A DNA stretch of 64,000 bases, from assembly GCA_907165135.1 (NCBI GenBank), contig OU015569.1, positions 4,774,001 to 4,838,000 on the forward strand, given 5' to 3'. A program made the position numbers and the translations under genes. Source of the DNA: Oikopleura dioica. Taxonomy: Eukaryota > Animalia > Chordata. Shown here one piece after another: positions 35,959-47,589 of this stretch. The notes beneath the pieces were generated by a model. It had not been told where the DNA came from and searched no databases. It worked only from the letters and a program-made list of their open reading frames with translations. Position 1 is the first letter of the stretch, and every line of letters starts with the position of its first letter.

Positions 35959-36050
35959 CCTCCTATGTTTGGAAATGCGCCCTACCTGGAATCCTCCGGG
36001 TAAAAAATGGTGCAAGTTTCTGCATAGGGCGCATTTCCAGACATAGGAGG
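35959..36050. repeat. 26-bp intergenic inverted repeat with one mismatch (second copy at 52279-52370)
   Basis: cctcctatgtttggaaatgcgcccta (35959-35984) pairs with tagggcgcatttccagacataggagg (36025-36050). Confidence 0.85.
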
Positions 36051-36209
36051 AGTTTCCAGGTGTGGGAAATTTCAGTACCCGGGAATTTTTTTATTGATTT
36101 TTCCTGGAAAAATGACAAATGCATTAAACGAAAAAGATTTTTTTCTATCCGAATTTTATTGCTACAACTAATCTAATCTAAATAATTTAGGCAGTAAGTT
36201 GAATGACAG

Positions 36210-36575
36210 TTATTCGCCTCGAAGGGCAGAACCGATGGCACCTCGACCCTCACAGTAAGACAAAAGCTCTTGCTCGTGGGGGCTCAGTCGAGTTCCATCG
36301 TAGATGGGGAATGATGTGTAGAGTCGAACCCGAGGAACGCGTCGAATCGTGGCATACTTTGAGTATCTTTCCGGAACGAGGCAGTACGGGTAGAGAACCT
36401 CCACGGGGAGATCGTCAAGGCAGACCTCAACTTCTTCTTTTTTGAAGAGTTTGGTAACCTTGTTGAAAAGTTTGTTGAAAAGTTTCATTGTTTTCATTTT
36501 GTCTGATTTGATCATCCCACCCGCACCCTTAAATATCCCTTCATCTAGCCGATTACAATCGAAAAAATGCAACAA
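36210..36575 (-). CDS. Polinton hypothetical protein
   Basis: 121-aa ORF, identical in the duplicate (52530-52895). Confidence 0.5.
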   Translation of the reverse strand: MLHFFDCNRLDEGIFKGAGGMIKSDKMKTMKLFNKLFNKVTKLFKKEEVEVCLDDLPVEVLYPYCLVPERYSKYATIRRVPRVRLYTSFPIYDGTRLSPHEQELLSYCEGRGAIGSALRGE

Positions 36576-37117
36576 AACAACGCCCTCAGCGCGCCAACTC
36601 TACCGCCACCCAGGCAAACTGTATTACAAGAGGATTATTAATTATCTTGTAAAGATTGGATCATGTTTACCTCGAGTTCTTTGAAGTTGTATGGGTTTCT
36701 GGGACGATCGGAACAACCGGAACAACCGGAACGATTGCTTTTTGTGATTTTCTCCACTGGATACATTCTGGCAACATGTACCGACCATCGACCGCGCACC
36801 ACGAATCCATCGAAGTCTATTAGGCAAAAGTTTTTGTTAAAATTCTAGACAGGCTATTTTTTGACAACAGGAGCTACAGCAGGAGGTGCAGTACTTTTGT
36901 AACGAGGAAGAGTATTTTCTTGTGGCGCTCCGTAATCGACAATTTTACATTTTTCAACCGCTCGTACAACTTCCTCGAGACTTTTTTTGAAATGTCGCCC
37001 GATTATCCTGATCTGGCGGCGGAACAATCGCTTCGACTGGAATTGAAGACCACAGTTGCCAGCTCATGATTTCAGCAGTTATTGTGTCACTGCCAAACTA
37101 GTAAACAAAGTGTAAAT

Positions 37118-38937
37118 TTACCAGTAAAATTGTTTGAAAAGACTTACAAGGCTCATCAAGTGACTATTTTCTGTAAATCGTAGTTTGGATAAGCCATCGA
37201 GAAGGCATCGCAATAGCTCTCGGCTTGGGGTGATCTCCTTGAAGTGCGTCATCACAGGAGGAAGAGCTGCAAACAGGCTTTCAAAAGCGGACTCGGCGGG
37301 AGTCGTCTTTGAACCAGATGATGTAAATGCGTTGTCGCATGTCAAAAAGTTTTCTTCTAGGAGATTGCCGATCTTTTCCAGTCGCTTACTAGAGGATTCT
37401 TCTTTTGTGGTCAGTTCCTCCCACTTGGACGCAATCAGACATCGGTAGAGCATATTTTCAAGCTCACGATTCAATAAATCCATTTGGATAATTGAAGGTC
37501 CATGAGGGAGTTCACGCTCGAGGCCTAGAGCTTCTCGAATCTTTATAAAAAATTGATAAAAATTTTTAAATTTAAAATTTCACCTCGCTTGACAATTTTT
37601 CTGCGGTTTTTGCATATGGTGGTACATTGAAAAGAGGGACCATGCCAAGCGTGAGAAGTATAACAGTTTTGGCAACTGCATACTTTCCAGCCGGCCAGGG
37701 ATAGACTGCACATGGGATCGTATTCAGAGTAGCCAAAAGTCTTGCTGGGTGACCTAATTCAGGACTTGACAGCGATAAGCACTTCCATTTCTGCCCGTAT
37801 CGAACCTTGAAAGATTTTCATCATTTGACAATTAAATAGGGGTGACCTAGATCATCATGCTGAGGATGATCTAGGCCGTCACATGCTATGGGTAAACTAA
37901 GCGACCCTACTCGAAGACTTACCCAAATATAAAGATCGAAAATGAAAAAACTTCCCGATCCGTCGATTTCCCAAGTTGGATAAAGGCAACCAAGCTCGTC
38001 CCATGTCTTTAAAACTCCGCTAAACTTGCCCGGATGCGTGTAAATTTCCTCGTACAGCTGTTGAGCGGAGCCTTCAAAGATCACTCGAAAACGTGCAGTT
38101 GGAGTTTCCCCGTCTAGCTTCATTTCTTTGGCTTTTTTAGCAAGGCGTCTTACATAAATTCCAAGTCGTGTCGTAAACAGGGTTGCACGAATTCCTCGAG
38201 TAGACATGAACGATCGATGAAAGACTTGGCGAAGCTGCAGGATATTCATCTTGTAAACAGGAGCAGCTTTTGCGTATTCCTCCAACCGCTGAGCTCGATA
38301 AGCCTCGTCGTTGTCGGTTTCTGTCAGCTCGCTGTCAAACAGCTCGCTTGCTTCTTTATCAAACGGGAAATTTACGGGGAATTTGTCGTCTTCTTGCACC
38401 ACGTTTGACATAAAGGGAATATCTTCCCTAGGCAACGATTGAGCTGGCCCTTGCCGAACCAAATTTGTGACTTCTTTCACCTGAGAAGCTGAAGGACCGG
38501 ACTCAACTCTGCTTTCCTCGATTTCTTTCCAGTTAATCTGCGTCGCGTAGCCTTTTGGAACTTTTTTCTTACGGCAAGGTCGTTTATAGGGTTTCTTTGG
38601 AGGGTTTTGCCTTTTACGAAGTTGTCTCGGCTCGGCAGGTGGTGGAAGTTTGACAGTCGAAGATTGTTCCCCGTCGTCTTTGATTTCAATCTTGACAACC
38701 TCACCGGTCGAATTTTGCAGATAGCTTTCCATCTCGCTTTCAGAAGAAGATGATGATGACGAGTAGATTCGATTGTCGGTGTAATCCTCAGGATCGCTAT
38801 CTGAGAGATTGATAACCATGAGAAATTTTATTCTCACAGATTAGCAGTCTCACCTGAATTTATCTGCTGAAAAGTTCGCTTTCGGCAAGCTTGTTGTCCA
38901 GTAGAAAGTGTTATCGGTGGCCCGTAGAACTTTTTTT
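37118..38937 (-). pseudogene. 5'-truncated copy of the 554-aa five-exon gene (lacks exon 1)
   Basis: The duplication junction removes the ATG exon that is present at 55352-55295 in the other copy. Confidence 0.7.
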
Positions 38938-38951
38938 CTAGATTTTTTTCT

Positions 38952-40000
38952 AGAATCAAGCAGTGGATCAAGCTCCGAGGGAGAACCTGACGAGGGAGAC
39001 CCGCTCACAAACATCGACAACTTTTGGGGATGATATTTCACCGTCTGCAAATTTGTTTTATAATTTAAAACAACCTTCTGCTTACAGCGGTCTTGATTTG
39101 GCAAAATTTAAAGCTCGAAATAAGGTTATTTCAATCCATAAACCTTTTCGGTCGCGCTTTCGACGTAATCCAATTATCGCCACAAATTTGTATACAGTAT
39201 TATTTGCAGACACCTGTGAATACTATATAAAAGATGCTGCGATAAACGGTGGATACAAATACATTCTTGTGGTTGTGGATGGGCTATCAAGACAGAGTTT
39301 TGTTCGCCCTCTGTTTACAAAATCCTCTGAAGAAACTTCTGCGGCTTTGGAAGATATTATCAAACGGCTCGATTTACCCGGTCACACTTTTTTTGATGAC
39401 AGATCGAGGTAAAGAATTTTATGGTCATGTGGCTCCTATGCTTGAGAAATGGGGAATAACACCATACAAGTTGACAGGAAGACATAAAGCTTCCATAGCT
39501 GAACGCTTCATGTAAGTTTTAATTTCTATTTCGAGAATATAAAAATATTTTTTAGCCAAACTCTTCAGTCTCGCCTTGCTCGATATTTTGCAGCTCACAA
39601 TAATTATCGTCGTTGGATTCATATTCTGCAGCATATAAATGCTCTGTACAATTCTACTGTGCACAACTCTATTGATATGCCTCCAAAAAGTGTGACACGT
39701 GAAAATGCGCCCCAACTTTTCAATTACCTGGAGCAAAAACGTCGGAATGAAGCTCAACGTAAAACTAAAACTAAATTCCACATCGGTGATTTGGTGAGAA
39801 TTCCACTAAATGATCTTGGAAAGAAAAAATTTAAAAAAGGAGCTACTCCGAATTGGTCGAATCAGCTTTACAAAATTGTGAAAATTCATTACGGTACTCT
39901 TGTTCCAACGTTTACGCTTCATGACTCTCGGGGTAAACCTCAACTGCGACGTTATTACGAAAACGAGTTAAATTTTGTGATGAGTTCTTTTGATTTGTGA
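38952..40000 (+). pseudogene. Integrase, copy 2: 5'-truncated and frameshifted
   Basis: Lacks the first ~800 coding nt and has an extra T in the T-run at ~39388-39394, just before the TDRGKEF motif. Confidence 0.8.
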
Positions 40001-40323
40001 ATAAATGAATTTGTTTAGACATTTATCGACCGTGTGATGAGACCAGTTCGAAAATCGACATCGAAGAAGAAAAAGCGATCGTCGAACAAGAATACGAAAT
40101 GGAACAAACGAAAGATTGCGTATCTGGTTACAAGCACTGGGGGTGTTATTCCACTTGGTCGCAGACGAAAACGTCGATAAGAAACCGCCAGAAGGGTTTA
40201 ATTTTAACCCTCTCCTCATCAATAGTCATCTTTGTTGTCTTGTATTATCTCTTTCAGCGCAAGATTGTTTTTTGTCAATCTTTGCAAAATCTGTCCACAT
40301 TTTTTAATAAATTCTTTTAGATA

Positions 40324-41918
40324 ATGCCTGAAAACTTTGGGAATTTATTGTACTACACAAACGATGTCAACTGCAACGATGACCCTTACAAAGGGTTGAA
40401 GGTTTTGACGAAGCAAGGAACTGCGGATTGCAACGATCGTGTCATTTTCGACGTACCTGATGACAAAGCGGCTCTCAAACTGGACGAGTGTATGTTTCAA
40501 TTCAAGATGACAATCCCGGAAAATTTCGTGCCCGACAACGATGTTCACGCTAAAATTGTCAAAAAGCTTGATGTAAAGATTCTTGATAATAGGATCTTTT
40601 CATCGTTTGACACTCACGAATATACGTTCTTCAATCATTTTATCACAAAGTTGAATTACTCTCCGCTGGCGCAAGAGTGTGAGCTTTTTCCCAGCGGACG
40701 ATTTGACAGCTTGGATCCGGATTCTGAAGAATTGACAACGATTCAAGTGAGAAGAAACGGTCTTAACTTGGCGGAAAATCGTCGACAGTATGGAAATTCT
40801 CGATGGCAAAAAGCGCAAGAAAAATCAATGGCTACAACTATGAGATTTTGATGTATGATTATTCTTTCCGAGCGCCGATAATTCACGGTCTTTGCCGTCA
40901 AAATAGAGTGCTTCCCTCTGGATCACGCCCGAATTTCGAAGTTTATCTGAACGAGCAAGGCAATGTTTTGATGGAAGTCGAAAAATACACCAAATGCCGA
41001 ATGACTGTACCTGGAATTAATTCTCTGACGACTGGAGATTTGCCACCAAATATCAAGACAATAGATTCAGAACGAGCGCATGCAACTAAAGCCGATTGTG
41101 ATTGCACCGATGAAAAGTACCGATCCGGGAAATATAAAAATTTGAAGCAGATTCAAGCCAAAGGAGAAGTGATTGAAACAGTTCTTTCTAAACTGTATGG
41201 ATCCGATACCTTCAAAGCTCATAGCTTTGATGAAGCTGTTGCTAGTGTCACAATGGATACAGAGGACGAACGATATGGCTACATTTGGATGGATCTGAAG
41301 CTTGACCCAAAGTCGACGGTTGAAGTCAAAGATTATATTCTTGAGGCGGCATACTGTGAACCTGGCAAGGAAGAAAAACCACTCTCGACGGGCGTTAAAG
41401 GTGAAGGGGTGATTCCCTTTTTTTACCCTCGTTTTACTAGAAAAACGCTGCCAGTTGGACTCAGTCAACACGATATCGAATTGAGCACAGGACCGTTACC
41501 AAAGATGATCATTATAACAGGAATGCCACACGGACGCTACGATGGTCACAATTTCCGACTGTGCACAACAAAAACATCGATGATTGATGAAAAATTCCGA
41601 ATCAAGTCTTTTACGGTATTTGTTGATAATCGACCTGCATTTAGATCGCCCTGGACGACGGCTCAAGAACACTACATAAATTACATGAAGCACAATGGCC
41701 GCTGGGCCAATAAAGCGGTTGCACTCGGTCAAGACTTTTTTGCTTTTCAAAAGTACAATTGGATGGTGCCACTTTTCTTTGACGATCGAGTTGGAAGCAC
41801 GGGGATTGTGACTGTTCGAATTGAATTTGAAGAAAATTTGGAGGAACATTGGGATGCATGCATTATGAAGATTCCCCGAAACGAGCTATTTTTGGATGCG
41901 AATAGAAACGGTAAATAA
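40324..41918 (+). pseudogene. Major capsid protein, copy 2: frameshifted as assembled
   Basis: One A is missing from the run at ~40820-40824, splitting the ORF into 175 aa and 371 aa. Confidence 0.75.
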
Positions 41919-42116
41919 ATGTTCATTTGTAATTGCTAACTTTTTATTTAGAAGCGAGCGTATTGCAAAAAAGCGCAGCTGGAAAGAAGCGAAAAGAACC
42001 TGAACTGAAGGAGGCGTACAAAAAATGCTCGAAGAAAAAGGACGTGCATAACAAGAGCGCAACAAGCGGCAGCTAGCGCTATTTAAACGACTGTGTTTTG
42101 AATAAATGTGATCAAA

Positions 42117-45100
42117 ATGAAATTGACAAGATTTTTGCCCGCGAAACGAAAGTTTTCTCGAGCAGAGAGAAAAAAGGTTGATAATTATTTGACTTTATGT
42201 AAACCGCCAGAAGAGAGACCTTGCGAAGAATTGTCGAACCTTTACGAATGTTTGTTAATCGGTCGAAACTGGTGGAATTTTTTACGAAGAACTGCTCCTA
42301 AAATACCTGACGATATTTCTCCTGAGCTCAAACAGGAATTACTTGACGTTGATACGTCAGGTTTAAAATCTCGATTTGGGCCTAATCCAAGGCGAGCGGA
42401 TCTACCTCAGATTGAAGATTATCTTGGAATAGATTTATATCTGATGTATGGTGGTAATTTTAGCCCGCTGGGTATATCATATCGCCCAAATCGTTTTGCT
42501 GAAGTTTTGTCTGTTCGCAATGTTTTGGAGAATTATGATCGTAATGCTTCGGCGATTTTCGGCGAGGAGCAAGGTCACCGACCAAGAGTGATTCTACAAT
42601 CGGCAAGAGCGTTTTTCAACGAATTGGGAATGTTTCATGTTATACCGTCGAGAACGATTGCAGAAGCGACACAACGTGATTGGATTCACTTGTGGCAAGC
42701 AATTGTTAAATTTCGCTGGCCAGATTGTTTGGATGTTGACGAAAAGATCCGGTATGTCAAGTGGAGACTCGATATCAAGGAGGATGAAAAATTTACGATT
42801 GCAGATCGAATATTTGAGCGAATAAGAGTGTGCTTTCAAATTCCAGTGCGACTTTTTGCGGGGAAGATAATTAATGACAATGTTAATAACAAACGCTGTT
42901 ATTATGCTACACAACCGATAAAAAACAAAAAATATCTTAATTTGCTGGTGGCGAGTTATCCTCCGGATGTTTTTGCGCGTGAATTTAAGAAATTTGCAAA
43001 TGTTGATTATGATGAGCTTGTCAGAAATCCTTCGAAAAATCGCATTATTGCAGCAGATTACGAATATGAACGCTGGCGTACAAGTGCTGATCAAGGTTTT
43101 CGCGCTCACGGTGACATAACAAGTGACGACGAAGAGGAAGAGAACCCTTTTGAAGAGTTTCACTCTTTTGCTCAGAATCCGTTTGTCAACGCTGAAGCCT
43201 CGGAAGATGATCACTCTGGTTATAATTCTGACGAAAGTTATGAAAACAACAGTAGCGAAAGCGAAGAAGAAGAAGAAGAGCTTTTTACTGAAAATTATCG
43301 CCCGATTCGTAATTTGACTTGTCAAGTGCCAAATGTTTTCGACGATGACACACTTGTTCGAATTTTAAAGGATCGAGAAGTAAAAGAATTGCCAGTTTGC
43401 CCGACAAAAAATTGTCTCTACACTCATGAAAGACCATCTTGCATGCAAAAACATGTGAAAACATGTACCAACGAAACAAAAGTACGCATTCGTCAGAGTG
43501 TCCAAGATGGCTCTATAATTGATTTCGTTGGTGAGCTTGTTGCTGAAGGATATTTGCCGTCGTTGGATTTTACGCAAGATTTCTACGTGGCATACGACAT
43601 TGAATGTTTAATGTCGCGAGATATGCTCACTTTGGGACATTAAGATTCGCGTAAATTTCACAATTTGGTGTCACTCGTCAGCCTGACAAATGACGGCGAG
43701 CGAAAGTACTTTACTCGGAAAGATATGCGCTATGAATCTGTTTTGGTGATGTTAACCGAATTCGTCAATTATTTGATAGATTTGCGCGAGAATATGGAAT
43801 CTTTCCTGCCACCTTCAATCATCAAAGGGATCGAATATTACAAAGATGAACTTGGAGTGAAAGAGCGCCGATTGAAACACACCTTTGACGAAATTGGAGT
43901 GATGAGAAAAAAACTTCAATATCTAAAGGATTTTACAAAACTTCGTATTTACGCCTGGAACGGTGAAAAATATGATTTGAACGTTATCTATCCGATGCTT
44001 GCCTCGGTGCTGTACGAATTTGTCGGTCAAAAGAGTAAAGACATTTATCCGATAAAGCGCGGCGGTGGATATATGATGCTTGATGCGGCAGGTTTGAGCT
44101 TTCGCGATTTCATGAACTTGTCGGGACCGATGAAACTTGAAAAATTGGCAAATTCGTGTGGCCTCGATTCGAAAGAGTACTCTAAAGGATGCTTTCCGTA
44201 TGAATGGTATACAAAGGTTGAGCATCTTTACGCTGCAAAAAATTTTCCCGCTTATCCGTGCTTTTATTCGACGCTAGAATCTGGCGCCGCTTCAAAGGCT
44301 GAAACATATGCCACAAAGATGAACGAAATTATAGTCGAGCGCTGTGCTGAAATTATGCCCGAACGACGATGGAATCGTGACGAAGGATTAATTATTCAAC
44401 TTGTTCAGTATTTGGGCTTGGATTCGCTTGTAACAGATCCAGTTTTAATTGAGTGGTGTGAAACGAATGGCGACTGTACACCAAAAGATATTTTCAAAAA
44501 ACATCTTTCAATGCTGAAAAGAAAGTTTCTGTATCATGCAGAGAAGCGATGCCATCAATGCGATCCGAAAGATGCTGAAATTCGCGAGTTTTTTCGCTTT
44601 GATCCTGTCAAATATGAAGAAAGCAACCTGCTGTGGGATGAGATGGAGGTGGCGGAGAATCACTACTGTGGCGCTCAAAGTAACATGAATATGATGCTGT
44701 ATTTGATCAATTACAACTACAACGATGTAAAATTACTGGTTGGCTCGATTGATCGATATGCAGCAAATTACAAGCGTAAATTCGGCCTTGGTGTTCATGC
44801 GGATATTTCAATTGCCAAAATGGCTCAGAAAATTGCGTTTATTCGTTACGATAAGAAATGCCCGCCACTGTACTCGCCACCAGCAAAAGCTGATTTCTAT
44901 TACAACGATTGTCGACAAAAGTTACTTGGAGGCATTTGTCAAGTTTTACACCGCGCGATTTATCTGAATCACAAGCATGATGATCCACGAATTCCAAATG
45001 CTGCAAAATTTGCGCCAAACGGTGAACGCTACAAGACTGTAGTTTCACTTGATTTTAACTCGCTTTATCCGTGGGCTGTTCGACGAGAGTTACCCCTTGG

Positions 45101-47557
45101 TCCAGGAATTTTATATAAAATGGCGGACAAATGGGATGGACGATGTCGAAGTGATGCATACAAATTTTACAATCAAGGACTCTTTTGTCAGAAGCAAAAC
45201 AGCTCACTCGAGTCGATTCGCTGGCTCGAGTACTTGAATTGGAGCGAGTACGACGGACGTATAGAACACAGCTACAATTTGCGTGAAAAAAAAATCGCGG
45301 GTCATTTTGTTGACGGATATGCAGAATTGCCTGATACCTTTGTTGCACCATCAATTCCGAAAAAGGTTATTTTCGAATTTCGTGGCTGCACCTATCATAC
45401 CTGCCCGGTCAAGGAGTGCAAAGTAAAACCCTGGCTTGGCGTGAAAAAGACGATGAAAGACGACGAAGGTAAAAACATTATTGTGGAGATAAGCGCAGAT
45501 GAATTGCGCAAAGAAGACGATGCTAGAATTCACAAAATTGTGGACCACCTGCGCGCCGAATACAACGACGATTTAAAAATGCCACAACGTTGGGGCGAGC
45601 GACCTGGAGAAATTTTGGACGAATATGGACCGTTGAATTTCCGCCATCGGATCGAGATCATTTACTCTTGTCAATGGAAGAAACTCTGGTCGCGACTCGA
45701 GCTATTGAACACACCACCCATTTCAAAATCTTATCCGCTGATTTTCAAAGGGGCTGAACAAAAACACTCTGGTTGTAAAATGTTTGAAGCAGGCGTCACG
45801 GAAGAAGACTTTTTAAAAACTTTGAGGGAAACGTATCAATCTGACGAGAATCCCAAAGACATACTAAAATCACGATCGAAGTTTTTCGGAATTGCGCTTG
45901 TTGATTTGGAATCGCCGCCTCAAGTCATTGTTGAAAATCCTCACGTGCCGCCAATATTTGCAAAAATGAAACTCGAATCTGACATGCTGCACGGATATAT
46001 GAAACGTGTACTGCCAAGCAAAATGGTGGAACAACTTTATCCCTCGGAGGAGAACATTTTTTGCTACAACACGAAGCGCTATTTGGCAACAAGTGAGATG
46101 CTTGCCTACTTGGATCGCAAGGGTCTCAAAATACGAGTTCATTATTTCATTGAATATTATCGAGGTTCGCCTTTTGAGAATTTTGTTGCCACAATGGTAA
46201 AAGATCGAGTTGCTGCAAAAGTGGCAAATAATGATACAATGCAACTCGTCATCAAACTGATTCTAAATGCAATGGTGGGACGTTTTGCTTTGGCTGTTTC
46301 GCGCTTTATGGCGACGAAAATCGTCGGCGCCGACAAGATGTACGATGCGATACGATCGCCCTTGCTTCATTCAACAAAACCCCTCCGAGTTGAAGATATT
46401 GCGTTGGATCCTTTGCACGAGATTGTAAGCAAAAAGAAACGAGTCACCGAAGACTTGGCGATTCATGTGCAAATTTTTGTCTACCAGGAATGATTTTACT
46501 CTTGTCTTCTCCGAGCGAAGCCGTACGGCAAGCTCGGAGCCCAGGCCCGAAGGGACTGGCGGAAAATGGCCCCCCTCCCCCGAGCGAAGCTCGGGCCGCA
46601 AAATCCGGGCCCGAGGGCCCGGATTTTGCTAAACCTTGTGGCGACCTCCCTCGCCGTACGGCTGCGGTCGGGTCCTCGGCTTGCCTGCGGCTTCGCCTCG
46701 GAAACCCTGTGCGAGGGGGGTTTGTTTTGATGATTGGCAGTAGCCATAATTGTGTTTTGCGGCGGGGAGAAGATGAATTAAAATGTAAAGGGGGTTGATT
46801 TGAATGAAATGTTGCGTTTGTTTTAGTAAGCGTCTTTGTTTAAATCGTAGTGAAATCATAAAAAAGAACTCAAAATTATTATTCATGAGCTTTTTGGACG
46901 TTCTGAAAAAGTATCTAAGACCCGGCTCATACAAGTTTTGCTATGCCGATACAGATTCTTTTATGCTAGCTCTAACTGAAGACACCATCGGTGAATGTGT
47001 AAAGTCGGGTTTAAAGACGGAATGGGAAGAAAAGATTGTGCCGCTATGGTTTGTGGACAAGAAGAATGTAGCCACTGAAAAAGAGCCAGGCTTGCTCAAG
47101 CCCGAAGCAACGATTCGAAGCGGTTGGTTTATCGCACCGTCGCCTAAATGTTACATTATGGTTGAAAAACCGCCGTGTGAACTTGAAGCAAAAATATGCG
47201 ATCCAAAGAATGAAGACAAAATTCTCGATCTGCTGGCAGAAGAAAAGGCCACCTATGTTGTCAAAAAGAAATCTTCAAAAGGATGCAAGGAAAGCGTTTC
47301 GCTTTGGTAAGTTTGTTTGAAATTTTTTAAATTTTTATTTTAGCCCGTATGAATATCTTGCCGCTGTATTTGGAGCAAATTTTGATAATAAAATCGAAAA
47401 AGATGTTCCAGTTTTCCAAATGAATCGCAAACGAGACCGAATGCAAACGTACATGATGCGCCGGCAAGTCTTCAACAGTGTCCTCAAGAAGCGCGTCGTC
47501 CACGAAGACAAAATCACAACAACACCACTTGTCACCTCTGACGGAACATTTGTTTAA
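42117..47557 (+). pseudogene. pPolB, copy 2: nonsense mutation
   Basis: GAA (27322-27324, copy 1) is TAA at 43641-43643, truncating the protein just after exonuclease motif I. Confidence 0.8.
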
Positions 47558-47589
47558 ATACAGTTGTCTTTCTGTGACTTTAATTAAGA

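Larger units (their letters stand above)
22633..38942 (+). repeat. Tandem duplication unit, copy 1 (16,310 bp)
   Basis: Matches 38952-55261 at offsets of 16319-16321. Six single-base homopolymer indels and at least four substitutions were seen. Confidence 0.97.

Noticed and set aside
38937-38954. XbaI sites (TCTAGA) at the duplication junction as a cloning chimera
   Set aside because: The other breakpoint (22631-22636, GCAGAA) is not an XbaI site, so ligation of restriction fragments does not explain the join.
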